From positions 417,570,001 to 417,634,000 of the forward strand of contig OZ024740.1 in NCBI GenBank assembly GCA_964016885.1: 64,000 bases of DNA. The letters run 5' to 3'. Shown here piece after piece: positions 53,401-64,000 of this stretch (position 1 is its first letter; every line of letters starts with the position of its first letter). Source of the stretch: Eledone cirrhosa (taxonomy: Eukaryota). Below the pieces are notes generated by a model, which saw nothing but the letters and a program-made list of their open reading frames with translations, searched no databases and was not told where the DNA came from. The translations under genes were made by a program, and so were the position numbers.

Positions 53401-56400
53401 TCTGATGTTACAAACATGTGGTTAGAATGTCTCAGAAAAAAATCTTCGAATTGAACGACCACAGATCTGATATTACAGACATGTGGATAGAATGTCTCAG
53501 GAAAGAATCTCTGAATTGAGATACCACAGCTCTGATATTACAGACATGTGGTTAGAATGTCTCAGGAAAGAATCTCTGAATTGTTAGACCACAGCTCTGA
53601 AATTACAGACATGTGGTGAGAATGTCTCAGGAAAGAATCTCTGAATTGAGAGACCACAGCTCTGATATTACAGACATGTGGTTAGAATGTCTCAGGAAAT
53701 AGTGTCTGAATTGAGAGACCACAGCTCTGATATTACAGACATGTGGTTAGAATGTCTCAGGAAAGAATCTCTGAATTGAGAGATCACAGCTCTGATATTA
53801 CAGACATGTGGTTAGAATGTCTCAGGAAAGAATCTCTGAATTGTGAGATCACAGCTCTGATATTAAAGACATGTGGTTAGAATGTCTCAGGAAAGAGTCT
53901 CTGAATTGAGAGACCACAGATCTGATATTACAGACATGTGGTTAGAATGTCTCAGGAAATAGTGTCTGAATTGAGAGATCACAGCTCTGATATTACTAGA
54001 CATGTGGTTAGAATGTCTTAGGAAAAAGTCTCTCAATTGAGAGACCACAGCTCTGATATTACAGACATGTGGCTAGAATGTCTCAGGAAAGAGTCTCTGA
54101 GTTGAGAGACCACAGCTCTGATATTAAAGACATGTGGCTAGAATGTCTCAGGAAAGAGTCTCTGAATTGAGAGACCACAGATCTGATATTACAGACATGT
54201 GGTTAGAATGTCTCAGGAAAGAGTCTCTGAATTGAGAGACAACGGCTCTGATATAACAGACATGTGGTTAGAATGTCTCAGGAAAGAACCTCTGAATTGA
54301 GAGACCTCAGCTCTGATATTACAGACATGTGGTTAGAATGTCTCAGGAAAGAATCTCTGAATTGAGAGACCACAGCTCTGATATTACAGACATGTGGTTA
54401 GAATGTCTCAGGAAAGAGTCTCTGAATTGAGAGACCACAGCTCTGATATTACAAACATGGGGTTAGAATGTCTCAGGAAAGAGTCTCTGAATTGATAGAC
54501 CACAGCTCTGATATTACAGACATGTGGTTAGAATGTCTCAGGAAAGAATCTCTGAATTGAGAGATAACAGCTCTGATATTACAGACATGTGGTTAGAATG
54601 TCTCAGGAAAGAATCTCTGAATTGAGAGATCACAGCTCTGATATTACAGACATGGGGTTAGAATGTCTCAGGAAAGAATCTCTGAATTGAGAGATCACAG
54701 CTCTGATATTACAGACATGTGGCTAGAATGTCTCAGGAAAGAGTCTCTGAATTCAGAGATCACAGCTCTGATATTACAGGCATGTGGCTAGAATGTCTCA
54801 GGAAAGAATCTCTGAATTGTTAGACCACAGCTCTGAAATTACAGACATGTGGTGAGAATGTCTCAGGAAAGAATCTCTGAATTGAGAGACCACAGCTCTG
54901 ATACTACAGGCATGTGGTTAGAATGTCTCAGGAAAGAATCTCTGAATTGAGAGACGACAGCTCTGATATTACAGACATGTGACAGGAATGTCTCAGGAAA
55001 GAATCTCTGAATTGAGAGACCACAGCTCTGATATTACTAGACATGTGGTTAGAATATCTCAGGAAAGAATCTCTGAATTGAGAGACCACAGCTCTGATAC
55101 TTCAGACATGTGGTTAGAATGTCTCAAGAAAGAGTCTCTCAATTTTGAGACCACAGCTCTGATATTACAGACATGTGGCTAGAATGTCTCAGGAAAGAGT
55201 CTCTGAATTGAGAGATCACAGCTCTGATGTTGAAGACATGTGGTTAGAATGTCTCAGGAAAGTGTCTCTGAATTGAGAGACCACAGCTCTGATATTACAG
55301 ACATGTGGGTAGAATGTCTCAGGAAAGAACCTCTGAATTGAGAGACCACAGCTCTGATATTACAGACATGTCCCTAGAATGTCTCAGGAAAGAGTCTCTG
55401 AATTGAGAGATCACAGCTCTGATATTACAGACATGTGGGTAGAATGTCTCAGGAAAGACTCTCTCAATTGAGAGACCACAGCTCTGATATTACAGACATG
55501 TGGGTAGAATGTCTCAGGAAAGAGTCTCTGAATTGAGAGACCCCAGCTCTGATATTACAGACATGTGGTTAGAATGTCTCAGGAAAGAGTCTCTGAATTG
55601 AGAGACCACAGCTCTGATATTACAAACATGTGGTTAGAATGTCTCAGGAAAGAGTCTCTGAATTGAGAGACCACAGCTCTGATATTACAAACATGTGGTT
55701 AGAATGGCTCAGGAAAGAGTCTCTGAATTGAGAGACCACAGCTCTGATACTACGGACATGGGGTTAGAATGTCTCAGGAAAGAACCTCTGAAATAAGAGA
55801 CCACAGCTCTGATATTACAGACATGTGGTTAGAATGTCTCAGGAAAGAATCTTCGAATTGAGAGACCACAGATCTGATATTACAGACATGTGGTTAGAAT
55901 GTCTCAGGAAAGAATCTCTGAATTGAGAGACCCCAGCTCTGATATTACAGACATGTGTCTAGAATGTCTCAGGAAAGAGTCTCTGAATTCAGAGATCACA
56001 GCTCTGATATTACAGGCATGTGGCTAGAATATCTCAGGAAAGAATCTCTGAATTGAGAGACCACAGCTCTGATACTACAGACATGTGGTTAGAATGTCTC
56101 AGGAAATAATCTCTGAATTGAGAGATCACAGCTCTGATACTACAGACATGTGGTTAGAATGTCTCAGGAAAGAACCTCTAAATTGAGAGACGACAGCTCT
56201 GATATTACAGACATGAGGCTGGAATGTCTCAGGAAAGAATCTCTGAATTGAGAGATCACAGCTCTGATATTACTAGACATGTGGTTAGAATGTCTCAGGA
56301 AAGTGTCTCTGAATTGAGAGACGACAGCTCTGATATTACAAACATGTGGTTAGAATGTCTCAGAAAAAAATCTTCGAATTGAGCGACCACAGATCTGATA

Positions 56401-59400
56401 TTACAGACATGTGGATAGAATGTCTCAGGAACGAGTCACTGAATTGAAAGATCACAATTCTGATGTTACAGACATGTGGTTAGAATGTCTCAGGAAAGAG
56501 TCTCTGAATTGAGAGATCACAGCTCTGATATTATAGACATGTGGTTAGAATGTCTCAGGAAATAGTCTCTGAATTGAGAGACCACAGCTCTGATATTACA
56601 GACATGTGGTTAGAATGTCTCAGGAAAGAATCTCTGAATTGAGAGATCACAGCTCTGATATTACAGACATGTGGTTAGAATGTCTCAGGAAAGAATCTCT
56701 GAATTGTGAGATCACAGCTCTGATATTACAGACATGTGGTTAGAATGTCTCAGGAAAGAGTCTCTGAATTGAGAGACCACAGCTCTGATATTACAAACAT
56801 GTGGTTAGAATGTCTCAGGAAAGAGTCTCTGAATTGAGAGACCACAGCTCTGATACTACGGACATGGGATTAGAATGTCTCAGGAAAGAATCTTCGAATT
56901 GAGAGACCACAGATCTGATATTACAGACATGTGGTTAGAATGTCTCAGGAAAGAATCTCTGAATTGAGAGACCACAGCTCTGATATTACAGACATGTGGT
57001 TAGAATGTCTCAGGAAAGAATCTCTGAATTGAGAGACCACAGCTCTGATATTACAGACATGTGGGTAGAATGTCTCAGGAAAGAACCTCTGAATTGAGAG
57101 ACCCCAGCTCTGACATTACAGACATGTGGTTAGAATGTCTCAGGAATGAGTCTCTGAATTGATAGACCACAGCTCTGATATTACAGACATGTGGTTAGAA
57201 TGTCTCAGGAAAGAATCTCTGAATTGAGAGACCACAGCTCTGATATTACAGACATGTGGTTAGAATGTCTTAGGAAAGAGTCTCTGAATTGAGAGACCAC
57301 AGCTCTGATATTACAAACATGTGGTTAGAATGTCTCAGGAAAGAGTCTCTGAATTGAGAGACCACAGCTCTGATACTACAGACATGGGGTTAGAATGTCT
57401 CAGGAAAGAACCTCTGAAATAAGAGACCACAGCTCTGATATTACAGACATGTGTTTAGAATGTCTCAGGAAAGAATCTTCGAATTGAGAGACCACAGATC
57501 TGATATTACAGACATGTGGTTAGAATGTCTCAGGAAAGAATCTCTGAATTGAGAGACCACAGCTCTGATATTACAGACATGTGGTTAGAATGTCTCAGGA
57601 AAGAATCTCTGAATTGAGAGACCACAGCTCTGATATTACAGACATGTGGGTAGAATGTCTCAGGAAAGAACCTCTGAATTGAGAGACCCCAGCTCTGATA
57701 TTACAGACATGTGTCTAGAAAGTCTCAGGAAAGAGTCTCTGAATTCAGAGATCACAGCTCTGATATTACAGGCATGTGGCTAGAATATCTCAGGAAAGAA
57801 TCTCTGAATTGAGAGACCACAGCTCTGATACTACAGACATGTGGTTAGAATGTCTCAGGAAAGAATCTCTGAATTGAGAGATCACAGCTCTGATACTACA
57901 GACATGTGGTTAGAATGTCTCAGGAAAGAACCTCTGAATTGAGAGACGACAGCTCTGATATTACAGACATGAGGCTGGAATGTCTCAGGAAAGAATCTCT
58001 GAATTGAGAGACCACAGCTCTGATATTACTAGACATGTGGTTAGAATATCTCAGGAAAGAATCTCTGAATTGAGAGACCACAGCTCTGATACCTCAGACA
58101 TGTGGTTAGAATGTCTCAAGAAAGAATCTCTCAATTGAGAGACCACAGCTCTGATATTACAGACATGTGGCTAGAATGTCTCAGGAAAGAGTCTCTGAAT
58201 TGAGAGATCACAGCTCTGATGTTGAAGACATGTGGTTAGAATGTCTCAGGAAAGTGTCTCTGTATTGAGAGACCACAGGTCTGATATTACAGACATGTGG
58301 TTAGAATGTCTCAGGAAAGAGTCTCTGAATTGAGAGACCACAGCTCTGATATTACAAACATGTCCCTAGAATGTCTCAGGAAAGAGTCTCTGAATTGAGA
58401 GATCACAGCTCTGATATTACAGACATGTGGGTAGAATGTCTCAGGAAAGACTCTCTCAATTGAGAGACCACAGCTCTGATATTACAGACATGTGGGTAGA
58501 ATGTCTCAGGAAAGAGTCTCTGAATTGAGAGACCCCAGCTCTGATATTACAGACATGTGGTTAGAATGTCTCAGGAAAGAGTCTCTGAATTGAGAGACCA
58601 CAGCTCTGATATTACAAACATGTGGTTAGAATGTCTCAGGAAAGAGTCTCTGAATTGAGAGACCACAGCTCTGATATTACAAACATGTGGTTAGAATGTC
58701 TCAGGAAAGAGTCTCTGAATTGAGAGACCACAGCTCTGATACTACGGACATGGGGTTAGAATGTCTCAGGAAAGAACCTCTGAAATAAGAGACCACAGCT
58801 CTGATATTACAGACATGTGGTTAGAATGTCTCAGGAAAGAATCTTCGAATTGAGAGACCACAGATCTGATATTACAGACATGTGGTTAGAATGTCTCAGG
58901 AAAGAATCTCTGAATTGAGAGACCCCAGCTCTGATATTACAGACATGTGTCTAGAATGTCTCAGGAAAGAGTCTCTGAATTCAGAGATCACAGCTCTGAT
59001 ATTACAGGCATGTGGCTAGAATATCTCAGGAAAGAATCTCTGAATTGAGAGACCACAGCTCTGATACTACAGACATGTGGTTAGAATGTCTCAGGAAATA
59101 ATCTCTGAATTGAGAGATCACAGCTCTGATACTATAGACATGTGGTTAGAATGTCTCAGGAAAGAACCTCTGAATTGAGAGACGACAGCTCTGATATTAC
59201 AGAAATGAGGCTGGAATGTCTCAGGAAAGAATCTCTGAATTGAGAGATCACAGCTCTGATATTACTAGACATGTGGTTAGAATGTCTCAGGAAAGTGTCT
59301 CTGAATTGAGAGACCACAGCTCTGATATTACAAACATGTGGTTAGAATGTCTCAGAAAAAAATCTTCGAATTGAGCGACCACAGATCTGATATTACAGAC

Positions 59401-62400
59401 ATGTGGTTAGAATGTCTCAGGAACGAGTCTCTGAATTGAAGGATCACAATTCTGATGTTACAGACATGTGGTTAGAATGTCTCAGGAAAGAGTCTCTGAA
59501 TTGAGAGATCACAGCTCTGATATTATAGACATGTGGTTAGAATGTCTCAGGAAATAGTCTCTGAATTGAGAGACCACAGCTCTGATATTACAGACATGTG
59601 GTTAGAATGTCTCAGGAAAGAATCTCTGAATTGAGAGATCACAGCTCTGATATTACAGACATGTGGTTAGAATGTCTCAGGAAAGAATCTCTGAATTGAG
59701 AGATCACAGCTCTGATATTACAGACATGTGGTTAGAATGTCTCAGGAAAGAGTCTCTGAATTGAGAGACCACAGCTCTGATATTACAAACATGTGGTTAG
59801 AATGTCTCAGGAAAGAGTCTCTGAATTGAGAGACCACAGCTCTGATACTACGGACATGGGGTTAGAATGTCTCAGGAAAGAATCTTCGAATTGAGAGACC
59901 ACAGATCTGATATTACAGACATGTGGTTAGAATGTCTCAGGAAAGAATCTCTGAATTGAGAGACCACAGCTCTGATATTACAGACATGTGGTTAGAATGT
60001 CTCAGGAAAGAATCTCTGAATTGAGAGACCACAGCTCTGATATTACAGACATGTGGGTAGAATGTCTCAGGAAAGAACCTCTGATTTGAGAGACCCCAGC
60101 TCTGACATTACAGACATGTGGTTAGAATGTCTCAGGAATGAGTCTCTGAATTGATAGACCACAGCTCTGATATTACAGACATGTGGTTAGAATGTCTCAG
60201 GAAAGAATCTCTGAATTGAGAGACCACAGCTCTGATATTACAGACATGTGGTTAGAATGTCTTAGGAAAGAGTCTCTGAATTGAGAGACCACAGCTCTGA
60301 TATTACAAACATGTGGTTAGAATGTCTCAGGAAAGAGTCTCTGAATTGAGAGACCACAGCTCTGATACTACAGACATGGGGTTAGAATGTCTCAGGAAAG
60401 AACCTCTGAAATAAGAGACCACAGCTCTGATATTACAGACATGTGTTTAGAATGTCTCAGGAAAGAATCTTCGAATTGAGAGACCACAGATCTGATATTA
60501 CAGACATGTGGTTAGAATGTCTCAGGAAAGAATCTCTGAATTGAGAGACCACAGCTCTGATATTACAGACATGTGGTTAGAATGTCTCAGGAAAGAATCT
60601 CTGAATTGAGAGACCACAGCTCTGATATTACAGACATGTGGGTAGAATGTCTCAGGAAAGAACCTCTGAATTGAGAGACCCCCAGCTCTGATATTACAGA
60701 CATGTGGTTAGAATGTCTCAGGAATGAGTCTCTGAATTGATAGACCACAGCTCTGATATTACAGACATGTGGTTAGAATGTCTCAGGAAAGAATCTCTGA
60801 ATTGAGAGACCACAGCTCTGATATTACAGACATGTGGTTAGAATGTCTTAGGAAAGAGTCACTGAATTGAGAGACCACAGCTCTGATATTACAAACATGT
60901 GGTTAGAATGTCTCAGGAAAGAGTCTCTGAATTGAGAGACCACAGCTCTGATACTACAGACATGGGGTTAGAATGTCTCAGGAAAGAACCTCTGAAATAA
61001 GAGACCACAGCTCTGATATTACAAACATGTGGTTAGAATGTCTCAGAAAAAAATCTTCGAATTGAGCGACCACAGATCTGATATTACAGACATGTGGATA
61101 GAATGTCTCAGGAACGAGTCACTGAATTGAAAGATCACAATTCTGATGTTACAGACATGTGGTTAGAATGTCTCAGGAAAGAGTCTCTGAATTGAGAGAT
61201 CACAGCTCTGATATTATAGACATGTGGTTAGAATGTCTCAGGAAATAGTCTCTGAATTGAGAGACCACAGCTCTGATATTACAGACATGTGGTTAGAATG
61301 TCTCAGGAAAGAATCTCTGAATTGAGAGATCACAGCTCTGATATTACAGACATGTGGTTAGAATGTCTCAGGAAAGAATCTCTGAATTGAGAGATCACAG
61401 CTCTGATATTACAGACATGTGGTTAGAATGTCTCAGGAAAGAGTCTCTGAATTGAGAGACCACAGCTCTGATATTACAAACATGTGGTTAGAATGTCTCA
61501 GGAAAGAGTCTCTGAATTGAGAGACCACAGCTCTGATACTACGGACATGGGGTTAGAATGTCTCAGGAAAGAATCTTCGAATTGAGAGACCACAGATCTG
61601 ATATTACAGACATGTGGTTAGAATGTCTCAGGAAAGAATCTCTGAATTGAGAGACCACAGCTCTGATATTACAGACATGTGGTTAGAATGTCTCAGGAAA
61701 GAATCTCTGAATTGAGAGACCACAGCTCTGATATTACAGACATGTGGGTAGAATGTCTCAGGAAAGAACCTCTGAATTGAGAGACCCCAGCTCTGACATT
61801 ACAGACATGTGGTTAGAATGTCTCAGGAATGAGTCTCTGAATTGATAGACCACAGCTCTGATATTACAGACATGTGGTTAGAATGTCTCAGGAAAGAATC
61901 TCTGAATTGAGAGACCACAGCTCTGATATTACAGACATGTGGTTAGAATGTCTTAGGAAAGAGTCTCTGAATTGAGAGACCACAGCTCTGATATTACAAA
62001 CATGTGGTTAGAATGTCTCAGGAAAGAGTCTCTGAATTGAGAGACCACAGCTCTGATACTACAGACATGGGTTTAGAATGTCTCAGGAAAGAACCTCTGA
62101 AATAAGAGACCACAGCTCTGATATTACAGACATGTGTTTAGAATGTCTCAGGAAAGAATCTTCGAATTGAGAGACCACAGATCTGATATTACAGACATGT
62201 GGTTAGAATGTCTCAGGAAAGAATCTCTGAATTGAGAGACCACAGCTCTGATATTACAGACATGTGGGTAGAATGTCTCAGGAAAGAACCTCTGAATTGA
62301 GAGACCCCAGCTCTGATATTACAGACATGTGTCTAGAAAGTCTCAGGAAAGAGTCTCTGAATTCAGAGATCACAGCTCTGATATTACAGGCATGTGGCTA

Positions 62401-64000
62401 GAATATCTCAGGAAAGAATCTCTGAATTGAGAGACCACAGCTCTGATACTACAGACATGTGGTTAGAATGTCTCAGGAAAGAATCTCTGAATTGAGAGAT
62501 CACAGCTCTGATACTACAGACATGTGGTTAGAATGTCTCAGGAAAGAACCTCTGAATTGAGAGACGACAGCTCTGATATTACAGACATGAGGCTGGAATG
62601 TCTCAGGAAAGAATCTCTGAATTGAGAGACCACAGCTCTGATATTACTAGACATGTGGTTAGAATATCTCAGGAAAGAATCTCTGAATTGAGAGACCACA
62701 GCTCTGATACCTCAGACATGTGGTTAGAATGTCTCAAGAAAGAGTCTCTCAATTGAGAGACCACAGCTCTGATATTACAGACATGTGGCTAGAATGTCTC
62801 AGGAAAGAGTCTCTGAATTGAGAGATCACAGCTCTGATGTTGAAGACATGTGGTTAGAATGTCTCAGGAAAGTGTCTCTGTATTGAGAGACCACAGGTCT
62901 GATATTACAGACATGTGGTTAGAATGTCTCAGAAAAGAGTCTCTGAATTGAGAGACCACAGCTCTGATATTACAAACATGTCCCTAGAATGTCTCAGGAA
63001 AGAGTCTCTGAATTGAGAGATCACAGCTCTGATATTACAGACATGTGGGTAGAATGTCTCAGGAAAGACTCTCTCAATTGAGAGACCACAGCTCTGATAT
63101 TACAGACATGTGGGTAGAATGTCTCAGGAAAGAGTCTCTGAATTGAGAGACCCCAGCTCTGATATTACAGACATGTGGTTAGAATGTCTCAGGAAAGAGT
63201 CTCTGAATTGAGAGACCACAGCTCTGATATTACAAACATGTGGTTAGAATGTCTCAGGAAAGAGTCTCTGAATTGAGAGACCACAGCTCTGATATTACAA
63301 ACATGTGGTTAGAATGTCTCAGGAAAGAGTCTCTGAATTGAGAGACCACAGCTCTGATACTACGGACATGGGGTTAGAATGTCTCAGGAAAGAACCTCTG
63401 AAATAAGAGACCACAGCTCTGATATTACAGACATGTGGTTAGAATGTCTCAGGAAAGAATCTTCGAATTGAGAGACCACAGATCTGATATTACAGACATG
63501 TGGTTAGAATGTCTCAGGAAAGAATCTCTGAATTGAGAGACCCCAGCTCTGATATTACAGACATGTGTCTAGAATGTCTCAGGAAAGAGTCTCTGAATTC
63601 AGAGATCACAGCTCTGATATTACAGGCATGTGGCTAGAATATCTCAGGAAAGAATCTCTGAATTGAGAGACCACAGCTCTGATACTACAGACATGTGGTT
63701 AGAATGTCTCAGGAAATAATCTCTGAATTGAGAGATCACAGCTCTGATACTATAGACATGTGGTTAGAATGTCTCAGGAAAGAACCTCTGAATTGAGAGA
63801 CGACAGCTCTGATATTACAGAAATGAGGCTGGAATGTCTCAGGAAAGAATCTCTGAATTGAGAGATCACAGCTCTGATATTACTAGACATGTGGTTAGAA
63901 TGTCTCAGGAAAGTGTCTCTGAATTGAGAGACCACAGCTCTGATATTACAAACATGTAGTTAGAATGTCTCAGAAAAAAATCTTCGAATTGAGCGACCAC
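50450..64000 (+). repeat. HOR domain B: distinct subfamily with a 45-46-mer (2.93-2.99 kb) HOR and one 26-mer truncated unit
   Basis: The CAGAAAAAAATCTTCG marker lies at 53433, 56361, 59353, 61044 and 63971 (spacings 2928, 2992, 1691, 2927). Private markers GAATTCAG, TCTTCGAA, CTGAAATAAG, TACGGAC, GATGTTGAAG, CATGTCCCTAG and CATGAGGCTGG were not seen left of ~50.4 kb. The 4-bp ATCT insertion is absent here. Confidence 0.88.

Larger units (their letters stand above)
1..64000 (+). repeat. 65-bp tandem satellite DNA array (about 980-985 head-to-tail monomers), running off both ends of the window
   Basis: GACATGTGG recurs at 1, 66, (131), 196, 261... giving a 65-bp period that persists to the last base. 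Monomers differ from consensus by about 0-6 substitutions and rare 1-4 bp indels. No non-repeat sequence or orientation switch was seen. Confidence 0.99.

Noticed and set aside
54979-55182. 67-aa plus-strand ORF
   Set aside because: Chance read-through from a variant removing a TAG plus a +1 insertion; it is pure repeat translation.
1-64000. CRISPR-like array (65-bp period with a palindromic segment)
   Set aside because: The period resembles repeat+spacer length, but there are no unique spacers: all 65 positions are conserved between units. No cas genes or leader are present.

Overview
The whole 64 kb window is one uninterrupted, head-to-tail tandem satellite array, almost certainly eukaryotic. 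The monomer is 65 bp (consensus GACATGTGGTTAGAATGTCTCAGGAAAGA[G/A]TCTCTGAATTGAGAGA[C/T]CACAGCTCTGATA[T/C]TACA, about 41% GC, no CpG in the consensus), in roughly 980-985 copies. I saw no gene, RNA gene, transposon insertion, inversion or unique sequence. All 20 listed ORFs are translation by-products of small indels in the repeat. I cannot name the satellite family or the organism, and I found no protein-coding or CRISPR-like system. The informative structure is in the variants. (1) Diagnostic SNP/indel 'words' define several higher-order-repeat (HOR) domains: a 32+36=68-mer region, three near-exact 54-mer copies (3516 bp), a nested 17-mer/45-mer region, a transition zone, and a distinct 45-46-mer subfamily after about 50.5 kb. 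(2) Older variant states sit on both flanks and derived states in the centre, consistent with layered expansion. (3) Individual unequal-crossover and conversion events can be read directly. (4) The monomer is built from three dyads and a cryptic 21-bp sub-repeat. (5) A hyper-divergent monomer in the right domain carries a partial CENP-B-box-like motif. Spacings were computed by hand from marker coordinates, and domain boundaries are approximate to about 1-3 monomers.
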